Assembly (NCBI GenBank): GCA_021613535.1
Contig: CP075495.1
Location: forward strand, 5,580,001-5,644,000
Origin: Adineta vaga
Lineage: Eukaryota > Animalia > Rotifera
Direction: 5' to 3'
DNA length: 64,000 nucleotides
Both the position numbers and the translations under genes were made by a program. Positions within the stretch are counted from its first letter, which is position 1. Each line of letters opens with the position of its first letter. Below the pieces are notes generated by a model. That model did no database searches. It was given only the letters and a program-made list of their open reading frames with translations, and was not told the DNA's origin. Positions 1 to 13,242 of this stretch are shown here, in pieces.

Positions 1-3
1 TAG

Positions 4-1498
4 TTGATACGAATGAATTACAACGAACATTAAATGAAATAAAATCACGTGTTACTGGTGCTCAAACAGATTTAGATAATGCTAAAAATACTCCAGCAGA
101 TACTCTCACAGGTGATCGTTTTGCTGATGCAATGGAGGTAATTAGAATGTTTTTACCTTGTGATATGTATAGTTGATTAATTATTTAGGGTTTTGTCAAA
201 GGTGCACGAGGTGATATAGAAAGACTTGAAGCATTGAATGTAAAATTAACAAGTGCTTATCAAGATTTATGTGATTATTTAACGGTTGATCCTAAAAAAT
301 GTCCTTTGAGTGATTTTTTTACGGATTTAAAAACATTCTGTACAGTATTTTTAACATGCTTACAAGAAAACCGTTTATGGCGTGAACAAGATGAAAAAGC
401 TCAACGAGCTAAACAATCCAAACAATTAGTCGATGAAATACGAAAGACTCATCGTTCGGAACCTAAAGCAGAACCAAAAGCTTACTTTAAACCAAGTAAA
501 ATATCCACTAAGATATTTTATCGATTAAAACATTTCCTATGAACTATTTCTAGGTGACGAAGATACCGATGTTGTATCGAATCTTATGTCTGTACTCAAA
601 GATACAAATACGGCATCACAACAAAGACGAGTTCGTCGACCGCCAGGTACGTTTTATCATTTTTAGGAATAGAGATTTCCTTTGTTTTTCTTCCCCTTTA
701 TCCCTATATTTTAATATTTTTTTGTTATCCATACACGTTCAGAAGCTGAAGCATTTGCTGGAGTAATGAAAGAAATGAGTAATATCCCAGTACATCGATC
801 AACACCTTCATCTCATGGTGATAATCTATCAAATATTCATCAACGTCCACCACCCCCTCCACCATCACCACATGGTGGTATTCGATCACCACAATTTCGA
901 TTACCACCACCACCAATACCAGCACGAAATCCTCGAAAGACAACGGTAGAATAATCGCTACTGTTTCGACTATGCATCTCTGTTTTTGTTAATGCTTTCT
1001 TCATATTTTGTCGGTGTTCGGTTTTCTGTCATTATCGCCTTACTGATGCTTTTTTTGAATAATGTGACATATGCATGCTCAGGGGAAAATGCTTTCAACT
1101 ATTTTATCAAAATCAAATATCTAAAATTGTTGTCTATTGCTAATATTGATTTTGTTTTTGTGTCTTTCTTCAGCATCGCTGAGCCGCGATGTACCGGTAG
1201 TATGTTAACATTATCGGTAAGTAGCATAGTATATACATATTCACTCTCTTTCTATCTGGTATATGGGCATCATTATCAACACTAACTGCTTTTTTCGCTT
1301 TAATTCTTATGCTTTAAACTAAATTCATTGAAATAATAATTATTTGTTCTTTTTTTATCCTATATTCTAGGCCGATTGAAAGTAAATGATCTTCGAGCAA
1401 AAATAATTGATCGAGAAAATGGTCATTTACCATCTGATAATCATGCAACACCTCGTCTACTAGCTTCATCTATTCTGAAAGATCGAAATTATGTTTAA
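4..1498 (+). CDS. Diaphanous-type formin, 3' part (end of FH2 + DAD); gene begins upstream of the window; alternative last exons
   Basis: Exons 4-137, 189-495 and 554-646 splice in frame (GT-AG). They give ...GDRFADAMEGFVKGARGDIERL...DYLTVDPKKCPLSDFFTDLKTF (FH2 C-terminus-like), then SDEDTDVVSNLMSVLK...RRVRR (DAD-like core plus basic patch). Candidate terminal exons: 743-954, 1174-1208, 1371-1498. Confidence 0.8.
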
Positions 1499-3974
1499 AA
1501 ACAAATAATTTCATTCAATCGATTCTTTTCTTTATTTATTAAGCATTGATATGATTCAATCTAGATGTATATATTCACATATCTTGCTATTCTTGAAAAA
1601 ACTAATGTTATGTAAATACGATTTGATTTTGTGTTTGTCTGTATCTATAATCATCTATATTCTAACTTTAATATTTTTTGTCTTTGTTCTTCTATTTCAT
1701 TTTCAAATATGTAGATAGTTGAATGATATTGTTTATTTAAATATGTCTTCTTCTTTCTTTAACAGACGTGCCCATATATGTTCGAAATATTTCTCTACTC
1801 TCTTCCATCTATTAACTGTTCTATTGTGTTAAATGACCGAGATAGTATGTCTTTCAGATGTTGAAATGAGTTGAGATTAAAGAATATATACATATCTCTT
1901 TTGATTTTTTCCTTTCTTTTCATATATATTTTTGTGTTTTTTGTTCAATTAGTACACATTCGTTTTCCCTTTTTCTTTTGCTATCAATGTATTTTTTTTG
2001 TTCGTATTATTCTTGTTATAATGAATACAATACATATTTTACATTCAAAGGTTAAATATATGCATGATTTAATTATAATCAAGAATGCCTGAAACGATAT
2101 AAGGACATTCTTACAAAAAAACGTGTGAGTGTAGATTTGGTTACAAAACTAGTTCTCGTTTACATCAAAAGCCGCTTTCGCAAGATATTTTCGGCAGTAT
2201 TGATTTACGCTGATTTTTTGTATTTAATATTTTTCGCAATTCGCACATTTTTGTCCTTATATTTTTGTACACTCAGTACAAAGTGTGTATCTAGTTGTCA
2301 AGAACATTTCGTTTGATAACAAACAGTCTATTGAGAGCACATTAACTTAATAGATAACAAACATGCAAACATCATATGATAAGTCAAATAGAATGGAATG
2401 TTGTGATTAATGTGTATCACAAGCATTCTTATTAAATGAAGTGATCTTTTAAAATAATGTATTTGAATGAATAATTGTTAACAGATTCAAGATCATTACA
2501 CTGATGCAATGAATACGAAAGAATATGATAATAGTATAATGATGACAAAGGTATAATCTCAGCAGATAGAGCGATGAAATCTATCTATTTACTTCGATCC
2601 TAATACATGAAATATGTCGTCATGTACACTTGTTCTCGAAGCATATCGCTTATTTTTTATTCAGATAAGACATAATCCTATGCATCACCGTTTTTTGTCA
2701 CAATATCGTTAGATATGGAACAGAAGGCTTTCTATACATATAGTTACTGACTTTCATAAGAAAATATAATATTTATTGCGACTATTATATTGAAAAAATT
2801 CCTTTCGACCCAATCTAGTCGTTTTCAATAGCATCGTTTAGTTACTACATTTATGCATTTTTTCAATTTATATCCATATATCTGTTTACACATTGCACGT
2901 CATGAAAATAATAATAAGTATTTTACTGTAGGTTAGAGATGTCAATAGGCCACCAATCCATCAATATTGGCATTGAGTAAATCACCATGACATTTATATT
3001 TCTTGTTGACATATTTATCATCTAACTTGTAGAACTGTGCACCAAATCCCAAAAGCCAACTCCGACGAAATCGACTCTGCAGGCTCGAGTTTATGATTAT
3101 ACGTTATAAGAATATAAATTAACTCAAGCAAATATCAGTTTGAGATAATTCATATTCTTACAACATATAATCATAAACATATCATCTCTTTTTATTACTT
3201 ATATCAGAACAAATACGCCATCAATTGCACTAACTATACACAATTTCGAGCTCGTAAAAACGACATTTCTTTTTGGTATTTTGTCAATATCTTGATATCA
3301 TATCTATATAGTCACATATGTGTCAATACTTGTTGTCAACTTTGATCTTATCAAGTACAGTTCTTGTTACAATTTTTCTCTGAAAGTGTTCGCACGCGAT
3401 CCTTACATGTAACACTTCTTCTATTTCCTTTTCTCTGACTGTTTATGTGTGACATCTAGAAAAGATGGAATTTACTATAGAATGATAAATAAGAAGCGAC
3501 AATGTTATTCTTTCTTCTCTGCTCGTATACTTTATAAACTTATTATTTCCCTTTTGTCGATTTTCTTCCCATGAATCATGAGTTGATCACGCTCTCGACG
3601 TTCTCATATGCATAACAAAACAGAAAACACCAACTACCCCCATTACTAATTAATCTTTTATCCTCAGGAGATATTTTCTCGATTATTGTTTCTTTTTATT
3701 ATATATTCTACCCTCTTCGTTTCATACAATGCAGAGATAATTGTGATTCTTTCTTCTTATTTTTTTTCTCCCTTTTATTGTTACTCACATTTTGTCAGTG
3801 AACAATGAAAGATGAATATTGATTTGATCATGCTTGGTAACATTTACTGTTTTATTATCCTGTCAACAAATCACATTAAATATGCATTTATTTCATATAT
3901 ATATATATAAATCTTCAGTTTTCCTCTTGGATTATTTACAATCTAACAACTAAGAGAAAAACAACATAACATCA

Positions 3975-6684
3975 ATGATTCGTCGTGTCGTTTATGATGT
4001 GGAATTTTGTGTACATGTTAAAGAAAAATTGAATCCATGTGATAGTGTACTCGTTACTGGTTCATGTGAACAGTTAGGTGAATGGTTGCCAAATCGTTGT
4101 GTACCATTAAATCGAACAGATAAAACGGATGAAGGAGAAATTTGGTCAGCAAATATTAAAATTTATGGTTCACAAAAAATTTACTATCGATATTTGATTG
4201 CACAAATTGTTCGTATTGATGATGATTTAAATTTCATTGTTAAAAAATGTAAGTGATTTTTAAATAAAATTTATACTAATGTCTTTGTTTTTTTGTCTTA
4301 TTTCTCAGGGGAAACGTTTAAAAATGCACGTCACTTGGTGCTTAATCATCTGACGAATGGATCTGATGATGGAGCACCAGTTATAACTGACACGACTATT
4401 GATAACGAATCAGTTGATGACTTTCCAGCAATATTTGGTTGTTATAAAGGAGAATGTCGTACTGACATTGGATGGTTAACAGGTCAAACAGAAATTCAAT
4501 TACGTTTTCATTCAAATGCTTTACAAATCTGGTCATCAAAACTTCGTACTAATAAAATATCATTGAAAGTTTCACCGATTGGTATGTTACATTGTTTCGT
4601 TCGACAAAATCAAAACGAACATTTACTTTTTCCTAGATTTAAACTATCAACAAGAAAATGAAGAAATTTCTTCCGATCTATCTAGTCAAGTATTTACACC
4701 TACATCAAAAGTATTCATTCAATCAGCTATATTAAGTTTACATGATTGTGAAGCAAATTTTCAGAGTGATTATGGTGCTGTACTCGAAAAAGATGATTAT
4801 ATGGTGGTTAAAATTCAAACGTTTGAACCAGAAAATGTTGCTTATCATATCGATTTTTATCTCGTGGAAGAAACTACACTATTGCGAAAACATATCGGCT
4901 TTGCCTATGTTTTACCAATACATTCAAATCTTGAACTAGCTGATAATAAACATATTAATCGAATTGCACCAATTATTGGACTTAAACTAACCCGTTTGTA
5001 TTCATTTTTGATGTTTTCGATCAGTATTCTTTTATGTTTATTTCTTCTATAGAATTGGTCAGATAAAAGTTGATGTTTTATTAATAACACCATTAGAAGG
5101 GATTCAACAGAAATTTTTCGTTTCACCATCAAAATATTGGCGTCAAGGTCGACGACCAGTTAATGTAGGTCATCGTGGTTTAGGTAAAACAAATACGGAA
5201 CATATACCATCAAAACATCAATCCACATCACCAAATGATCCCAATAAACAACGTGCAACAGATTCTTCAACACCACCACCTTCATCAACATCACGACTAG
5301 TTCAAACCAAGTTTGTTAGTGAAAACACACTGGCTTCATTCAAAGGTGCTTTTCAACTTGGATTTGATTTCGTTGAATTTGATGTACAATTATCAAAAGA
5401 TAAAGTTCCGGTGGTTTATCATGATTTTCAAGTAGCAATTACTCTCAAACGTAAAGGACAAGAGGCTGAATTATTTGTTATCCCAGTTAAAGATTTGAAT
5501 TTACCGCAATTACAATCTTTAAGAATTTATCATGCTAGTAAAGAGGGAGAAGTACGTAAAAATGATGAAGAATTAGATGACGACGATCAAGCAAGTTTAA
5601 CTCCAAATATACCTTCAGTAACAACATTTACTTCAATAACAAACGGAAATGATGATCAATTAACAAATCCTAAATTAGGTCAACAGAATGATGAGAAAAA
5701 ATTTCGTTCATTATTTCCAACATTACAAGAATTATTTGAAAAACTTGATCCACATCTAGGTTTCAATGTTGAAATCAAATATGCTATGGAATATCGACAA
5801 GGTGGCAGTGAACAAAATCATTTTTTTGAACGAAATGAATACATAGATTGTGTACTTCGTTGTCTTATTACTTATGGTAAATTGAAGACAATATTTCTTC
5901 AATATTATTTACAAATATCTATTGTTTTCTTTTTAAGCTGGTAAACGTGTGATAGTTTTATCAACATTTGATCCTGATTGTGCTTCAATGCTTCGTCGAA
6001 AACAAACATTATTTCCAGTTTTGTTTTTAACTCAAGGTGAAAAAGGTGATTGGCCACAATATTTAGATGTTCGAACATGGTCAATTGATATTGGTCTATG
6101 TTTTTGTATAACTGAACAATTATCTGGTTTAGCTGCACCAGCATTAGATATTCTTTCGAATAGAGAATTTGTTAAACATGTAAAAGATAATGGTAAATTA
6201 TTATTCGTTTGGGGCGATGAAGCAAGTAAGATTTAATCGATTGAAGAGAAGAAAAAAGAACATTTAAATTACTTTTGTTTCATTAAGGTGATAAAGAAAT
6301 ATCAAAATGTTTATTAGATTTACGTGTGGATGGTTTAATTTTTGATCATGTTACTGATTTAAAAGAAGAATATTCTACAACGGAGAATCTTTTCATTTGT
6401 AAGTTTAATTTTTCGCTTCTCTTTTTCGAAGAAGAATTCATGAAAAAATTATTCTAGCGGAAGAACGTGAAGAATTAGAAGTATTGAATAATTTCCGTCA
6501 AAAACAACTTGAACTTCATCATCAACAATTATTACAAGAACTTGAACGATTAAAAACGGCACGAGAAACAAATACTATCATTCCTTCCACAGCATTATCA
6601 TTTACTCAAAATTCGAAAACATTCGCAAATTCTGGACAAGATCAATCCGTAATAGTTGATTCTAATTTTAAACATTTAATGTAA
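3975..6684 (+). CDS. GPCPD1: Glycerophosphocholine phosphodiesterase (CBM20 + GDPD domain), GDE5 type
   Basis: N-terminal CBM20-like VLVTGSCEQLGEW. GWLTGQTEIQLR motif. GDPD motifs VGHRGLG, ENTLASF..A...GFDFVEFDVQLSKDKVPVVYHD and FNVEIKY. About 7 exons: 3975-4248, 4309-4581, 4638-4997, 5053-~5876, ~5938-6223, ~6288-6398, ~6458-6684. Confidence 0.92.
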
Positions 6685-6956
6685 CTCTCTACGAATTCAA
6701 TATTTTCTTGCTCTTTTCTCGTGATAATCTCGTTGTTTTTCATTCTTTTCCATCTCTCTCTCTCTCTTAATCCTCCATCCTCTCTCTCCCTCCCCCTCTC
6801 TCTCTTTTTGCTATTTTAAGAAAAACCATAATTTCATTTCCTCTATTGCTTCTAGTTCTATTAAAATTAGCAAACGTGAAATATTTAGACAGAATAAAAC
6901 CCGGTGCAGAATCTCCAATCTCAATTTTATTTTATTTCCAGATAAGAAAAAAAGTC

Positions 6957-7229
6957 ATGATCCTAAGTCTTTTCAATAGTTTATTGATGTTTTTCACTCG
7001 ACCATATATTTATGCACAAAAACATATGCTACTTACTATTCAAGCGTATATGCCAATTCATTTCGATGAAAAAACCTGGTATATTCTTTTTGGTTTGGCA
7101 TTAACTACAATCTGTTCTATTACTTATATCTTGAGTCGATTTATAACATTGAAAGATGCTGATGATGATCCTGTTTATCAACGTGCTAAGTTCTATTCAA
7201 TAAAAAGACAACATGAAAAACACAAATGA
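6957..7229 (+). CDS. Small (~90 aa) single-pass membrane protein, unknown function
   Basis: ATG at 6957, just after a pyrimidine-rich acceptor (TTTATTTCCAG, 6941). One hydrophobic segment (WYILFGLALTTICSITYILSRF) followed by a charged tail. Composition is protein-like. Confidence 0.6.
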   Translation: MILSLFNSLLMFFTRPYIYAQKHMLLTIQAYMPIHFDEKTWYILFGLALTTICSITYILSRFITLKDADDDPVYQRAKFYSIKRQHEKHK

Positions 7230-7454
7230 TGATTATTAAATGAAAGTCTATTATCTTTGTTTTGTGTGATTTTTGTAATTAAACTAGTCAATTTTATAAA
7301 TGGGAAAAACTATCAGGTATAAAATAATGAATAGATATCAAACATTTGTCATTATTTGTAGTGAATTTCTTTCCTTTCTTTTTTTGCATGTTATTTATGT
7401 TTTTACTTTGTTATAAATAAATCATCTTTGACTGATAATAATTTTATTTTTCAA

Positions 7455-8416
7455 ATGAAAAATCTCAAGGCGCTTTTAACAAATTCAATGCATGCGTAAA
7501 GTCATTCATTTGAAAAATAAAGTGATCTAAATCGACCAATTTACTTTTCTATCTATGTTTCTGAATCAAATCTATCTACACAACTTGATAATTCACAATT
7601 GCATTTATCGAATAGTTTCTACGCTCCAGCATCATCATCATCATCATCAGAAAATTGTATAGGAGTAGAGACAAAGAAGAAGATCGTTCGAATATCTCAA
7701 TCAACATCTATGCATCGACCTAATCTAAATAACAACTGTGTACAAACTAGAGATCCGAATCGTAATTCACGACAATCACATCGTTCTATACGTAATTTTA
7801 GTGCAAAAACAAAATCTGAAAAATCACCATTTACACAAATGCAACGATTGCCAAAATTAGTTCAACCATCTAGTCCTATTGACGTGTGTTGCAAAAGTCA
7901 GTTGAATAACCTTTTTAAATATTTATAATTCGATAAAATCAATTTTTATTCAGATATCTGTTGGCCAGCTCATCAATTTTGTTTGTGTTGTAGTCGTAAT
8001 ACTGCCGAAAATTGTCGTAAATGGTCAAAATCAACCGATGAATTCGATTATATGCATGCTTGTCGATCAGCGTGTGCATCATGTTTCAATGATGCCTATA
8101 AAATACTCAAAACACCAATTGTTTATCATGAAAAAATCATCGATCCTCAATTGTTACTTCCACTTGATGCTGAATTACTCAACTATTCAATCCAATCAGC
8201 AAAACGTCAACAAGCAAAATTATTATCGCAATCAACAAGCAATGAGATGCCATTTACATCTCAACAGATAGTTTCCAAACATGTACCGTTAGTATTAAAT
8301 AACATCCAAAGAATTAATTTTAATTTGATATAGTTTCTAGATCGTCGCGACAAAAGAAACAATCGTCAAAATCCAAGAAAAAAAAGAATCGAAAAAAATC
8401 TCGTTCAAAGAAATAA
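7455..8416 (+). CDS. Uncharacterised protein with a Cys cluster and a Lys/Arg-rich C-terminal tail
   Basis: Plausible exons 7455-7495, 7616-~7896, 7954-~8282 and a last exon from ~8333/8341. The middle reads DVCCKNICWPAHQFCLCCSRNTAENCRKW...HACRSACASC. Start and last-exon frame are uncertain. Confidence 0.55.
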
Positions 8417-9334
8417 TTTTAAATGGTAAATATAACCAAGACACCTGTTTATTAAAATAAAATCATATATACACTCGTTGCATGTTACTATCATTCATCA
8501 ATATAGAAATAGCTCAAAAGAAAAATAATGAAACCTAGATAAAATCAAGATTAAATTTACACCCACACCCAAAAACTCATCTTCTTTGACATTCTCCAGT
8601 TCATAACAATTCTTCTAAAAAGTGAAAGACAAATCTTCTTCTCGGAGATTGTATCTTTTTCATAATCATATATCTGATCATATAGTTAACATGTTTCTTC
8701 TAGACCACAGCTGTAAAACATCATTATTATAGATGCAATTATATTTATCTTTGTTCTTTCTTTCTCTCTACATGGTATCAAGAGTAAATAATGTCATTGT
8801 AAGATATAGATGTAAATCTTTCACATATAAAAACATGCTAGCAGATGTAATTAGACACATACCATAGAATGTTTTTTATCCTTCTTCTTCTTTCATGAAA
8901 ATGAAATAGAAAACTTTCAGATTATTAGTTCGTTATTTTTCTTTCGAATATATAATTATAGTTTCTCATCTTTAATCTAAACGAGAAGAAAAAAAATCAT
9001 GACCATTAGTAATCTCATCCTCTCATTTGAGATTATCTTAAATATGGATGAAAACAAAAAGCTCATAGATGCATTCAAAATAAGAATCCATATTGTGTAA
9101 GCATCGATTCAATTCCCTATTGAATTTTAGTCGATCTTTTGATTGATTATCATATTTATATTATCATGATTGAAAAAAAGAAAATTAACATTGTTTTTTG
9201 TTTGTACACAAAAATTAGTTTACAAAAGTATTCTTTCTGATTCTACAAAAATAATTCACATCTTCAATGTAACAAATACTCATTTACATACTGATATTTC
9301 CTTTTAATTTCTCATCTATCCATTATCTAGATAT

Positions 9335-10143
9335 TCAATAGTAATATTTAAATAGTAAAAATAACCCACAAATAAGTATTATTGATAATGATAAATAATG
9401 ATTTTCTCCGTGATTACAACCATCGTATATACAAAGAGACATTGTACCTTGTAGACGAATTGAACCGATCATAGATGGAAAATTTTTTAATCGAAAATTG
9501 CCTGATGATTCTAATGACTTTGTTGATTCCATAATATTATCGACGACACATGTTCGATAGTAAATAATAGTATTTAAATAAGAAATATTCCCACCGCCCT
9601 CGATACTTAACACGCGACCACTAATTTTAACACAAAATCGAGCCGGAAATGTTCCATTTTTGCCTACCGATGTTGCCTAAAGAATATTTTTTAAAGACTC
9701 TTATAGACTTCACTTGACAAGTAAATTAAGCTTTTTTGCTCTCAAGTGCCCTTGTCCCATCGTTCATAACTAACTTTTCTATTACTAATCGAATTATTCA
9801 ATTTCTATTCCAAGGAAGAAAGAAAAACATGACAGACAAAAAATAATTACTACTAATAGGAAATTTTTTCCATTTAAAAGAAATGAGAAACTTTGTTTTT
9901 TTTCTCTTTCGTTTCAAAGAAAATATTCTCAAGAAAAAGCACGATCATCTTTAGATTTACCTGACAATTAATTTGTACTGGATTAATTAATGATGAAAAT
10001 GGATCTCGACACCCATCATCAGAAGGATTTGTAGTCATACATTTAAAACACGATAAACCTTGACTTGATATAGGTTTGATCAGTACGAAGCAATACAATA
10101 GAAAAATCGACAAATACTCCCAAGATTGAATATTTGATAACAT
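9335..10143 (-). CDS. Ly6/uPAR three-finger (quiver/sleepless-like) GPI-anchored protein
   Basis: Exons 10143-9961 and 9676-9335 join in phase 0. Signal peptide, LSCFKC...GCRDPF...NC...FCVK...YYRTC...LCIYDGCN, then a hydrophobic C-terminal GPI-type tail. Confidence 0.85.
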
Positions 10144-11764
10144 TGAATATTGTAATATAATAATCGGACGTTTTTAATTGTAACGATTCGTTTTAGATCG
10201 TAATTAGTCAATCAATGACAATACGCTTACTTTACTTTTGAAAAGACTTGTTCAATGACTACGAATAAGTCTTTCTGAAAGATTGAAGTGTTGACGATGA
10301 ACTTTTTGAAAAATAATAGCAGCTCCGTTTTCTTCCTTTTTCCTCGCTCAACAAGTCATCAACAACATCTTTTTCTTTTCTTTCACGAGTTTTTCTTCTC
10401 TCGCTATATATTTCACGATACTAAAAAGTTCTTCCTTTTCGTCGTTCTATTTCTTCATTTCCTTCTTATTCTGCAAGTTTCTGCTTGATGAAAGCTTCAT
10501 TTTTTCCACTCTCAGCATCTTCTCTCTTCTCAACTGCAGCCATGTAGAAAAATTGAGTCATTGATTAGTCACTATAGTATAGTGCTCTATGACAAGAGGA
10601 GAGAGAGAGAGAGAAACATACTTCATCTAACGACTATTCTTTTTTCTTTCACTTTATCTTTCTTTCTCTCTCGCTATTTTTTTCATTAGAATCGACGAAG
10701 AGCTACCAATATGATTCTTTCTGGTTTAGCTTGCTTTTTCTTGTCTTATTCTCATCTCAACTTTCTCTACTCGATTACACCCTACCGAATGTATTATTGA
10801 CATAAAAAGATTGAACGACAGAGAAGTGAGGTAAAGAACTCGTTTCTCCTTTGTATGAATGACATTGCACGAAATGTCTCCTATTCTTCTTCTCAATTCT
10901 ATGAAAGCACTTTTGCACTCTTGAGATCGTATAAAAAAATCATGTTCAATGATGTAGAAAAAATGAAATAATAGTGCCATGGTTTTTTGTAATCATCAAT
11001 CGATGACATATTGGAGAACTTCATTTATCGTTTGTTATTTTCCCAAAAGGATTCTATTTTTGGTTAAGAAAAAGATTTTTCTGCAAAATCTCTTCTAAGT
11101 TCTATCTGATTTTATGTAAAGAAAACCGTTTCATGATCGATCTCATAGTTGACAGTTTCCATTCCGGAGTTAGGGAAACAGTTACCGGTTCCGATTTTCT
11201 TCTATTCTATTCCTATTGCCATGCAAACAAATGATAGACATGTTTTTCCTCTGAGAATTAATATTAACTATCCTCGAAATTTGAAAACTCAACGTAAATC
11301 TCGTCAATATATAAATGAGATAATTTCATTGCTATTTGTTTAATAAAATATCATAATCCATATAAACTGACATGTATAGATCTTTTCTTCTATCCCAGAT
11401 TGTTTAGAAAACTAGTCATCAATATAAATAATTAAAAGAGTTCAAATTGTAAAAACAAATGGACACGAAATCTTTAGTATAGATTGAGTTAATCATCGAC
11501 AGCAAACAGTTGACCTTTTCCTTGTTGAAGAAAATAAGTGAAATACACTTGTCTAATAATATATTCCATATGTTATTTGTAATTCTAGACGGCACTTTGT
11601 CACAAAGTTTTTGACATTTCCGAATCGTTGCAATCAGTTTATACATATAAGAAGGAAATCTTTAGGCATTATTCAATAAATATAGAAACAGTAGATTAAT
11701 TATTATTTATATATAATATTCGTAAAAAACAACAACAACAGATATGGTAAAAATGATGCATACA

Positions 11765-13186
11765 TCACAGTTTATATTCACTTGAACAAGAAGAAATTTG
11801 ACGAAATAGTAGAGCAATATCTAAAGCAGTTTGATAAATACTTCCAGCACTTTGAAGATTAGCTAATATAACTACACATATACCACAACGAGGATTTGAA
11901 CATTTCTTTGTACATGGAATAATTAAAAGAACTGATGTCGCACCTACAGCTCCACCTGTATGATAAACATGAAATGGAATTGTATTTTCATTCACAGAAG
12001 ATATGCGTTCTTTGGAAATCATCCATCCTAAACCATAAAAAATATTCTTATTATTTGTTACTGCTATTGGTGACCACATTTCAGCAATGGTTTCAGCTTT
12101 TAATAGTTGTTGATTCGATACTAAAGATAACGATTTTGTTTGACGACATTGTAGAAGAGTATTAGCAAAACTAAGTAAATCATTCACGTTTGATAACATT
12201 CCACCACCAGCCCATTTATATGATAGATCAACATATGCAACATTACGTAAACCTTCTTTGAGTGTACGACGACAATAATATCGACTTCGATTTGATACAA
12301 TTTCATTCGGATATTCTAATTTTGTATGTCGTAAGCCCAGCTGTTTGATAACCAGATCTTGTAAAAGAACAGGAAATGTTTGTTTATCATCAGAAACACA
12401 TTCTAATATAGCACTTAATAATGTATAACCATGTGTTGTATAAAGCCATGATGTACCAGGTTGATGAAGTAATTCATCATGAAGAAATATTGTAAGAGCT
12501 TCATTTATTGTTGGATATGAATGTGTTAAATAATATTCAGGAAGTATAAATTCATCATCCGTTTCGACTTCACCTTTTTTCCAATAATGACGGATGCCAC
12601 TGGAACGAAATAAGACAATATTATGTAAAGAAATCAATATTCTCATATGTATATTAGATAACATTATACCTTGTGTGAGTCGCTAATTGACGTATAGTAA
12701 TTGAAACAGGAATATTATCATATAGAAACTTTGGTAATTCACGATGATGTTGATCAATTGTATCATCCCATTTAAGTTTACCTTTTTCCACAAATTGTGC
12801 AGTAATGAGAGTTGTAAATGTTTTACTAATACTTGCAATACGCATTACCGTATCTGATGTACATGGAACTCGTTGTTCAATATCAGCTAAACCAAAACCT
12901 TTTTTCCATACAGTTGAACCATGCATTGTTACACCAATACTTACACCTTTTTTTCAAACAAAAAACAATCAAATCGATTCTTTAAAAATGAACAAGATTT
13001 GCGCATACCTGGAATGCCTTGCTTTTCTTTAAATGCTTGGCAAAGAAGATCGACTTCATGAATTATTGTTTTCAATTTTTCGTTAGAATTATCATTCTCA
13101 TGATTTAACTTTGCCCATAGAAGACCAGTTGTCGTACAGATAAGAAAAGGTTTACTCAAAAAAGAATATCGAGTAAAAATACCCAT
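11765..13186 (-). CDS. LACTB: Serine beta-lactamase-like protein LACTB (mitochondrial)
   Basis: Exons 13186-13009, 12946-~12670 and 12600-11765. Catalytic SxxK (MRIASISK), THTSGIRHY, YTTHGY, DLSYKWAGGG and HTGGAVGATSVL match metazoan LACTB. The N-terminus looks like a targeting peptide. Confidence 0.9.
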
Positions 13187-13242
13187 TCTATACTAATTAG
13201 TCTACAACAAAATTCATATATATATTTTTTTTTCATTTTTAT

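Noticed and set aside
9681-9929. 10-bp complementarity between the ends of the Ly6 intron
   Set aside because: An AT-rich 10-mer match is expected by chance at this length and composition.
11419-11646. 75-aa ORF just downstream of LACTB as a third cistron
   Set aside because: No recognisable motif, composition consistent with AT-rich noncoding drift, and only a weak acceptor.
11765-13186. Beta-lactamase fold as a bacterial resistance gene or HGT
   Set aside because: Motifs (THTSGIRHY, YKWAGGG, HTGGAVG), introns and a targeting-like N-terminus fit ordinary metazoan LACTB.
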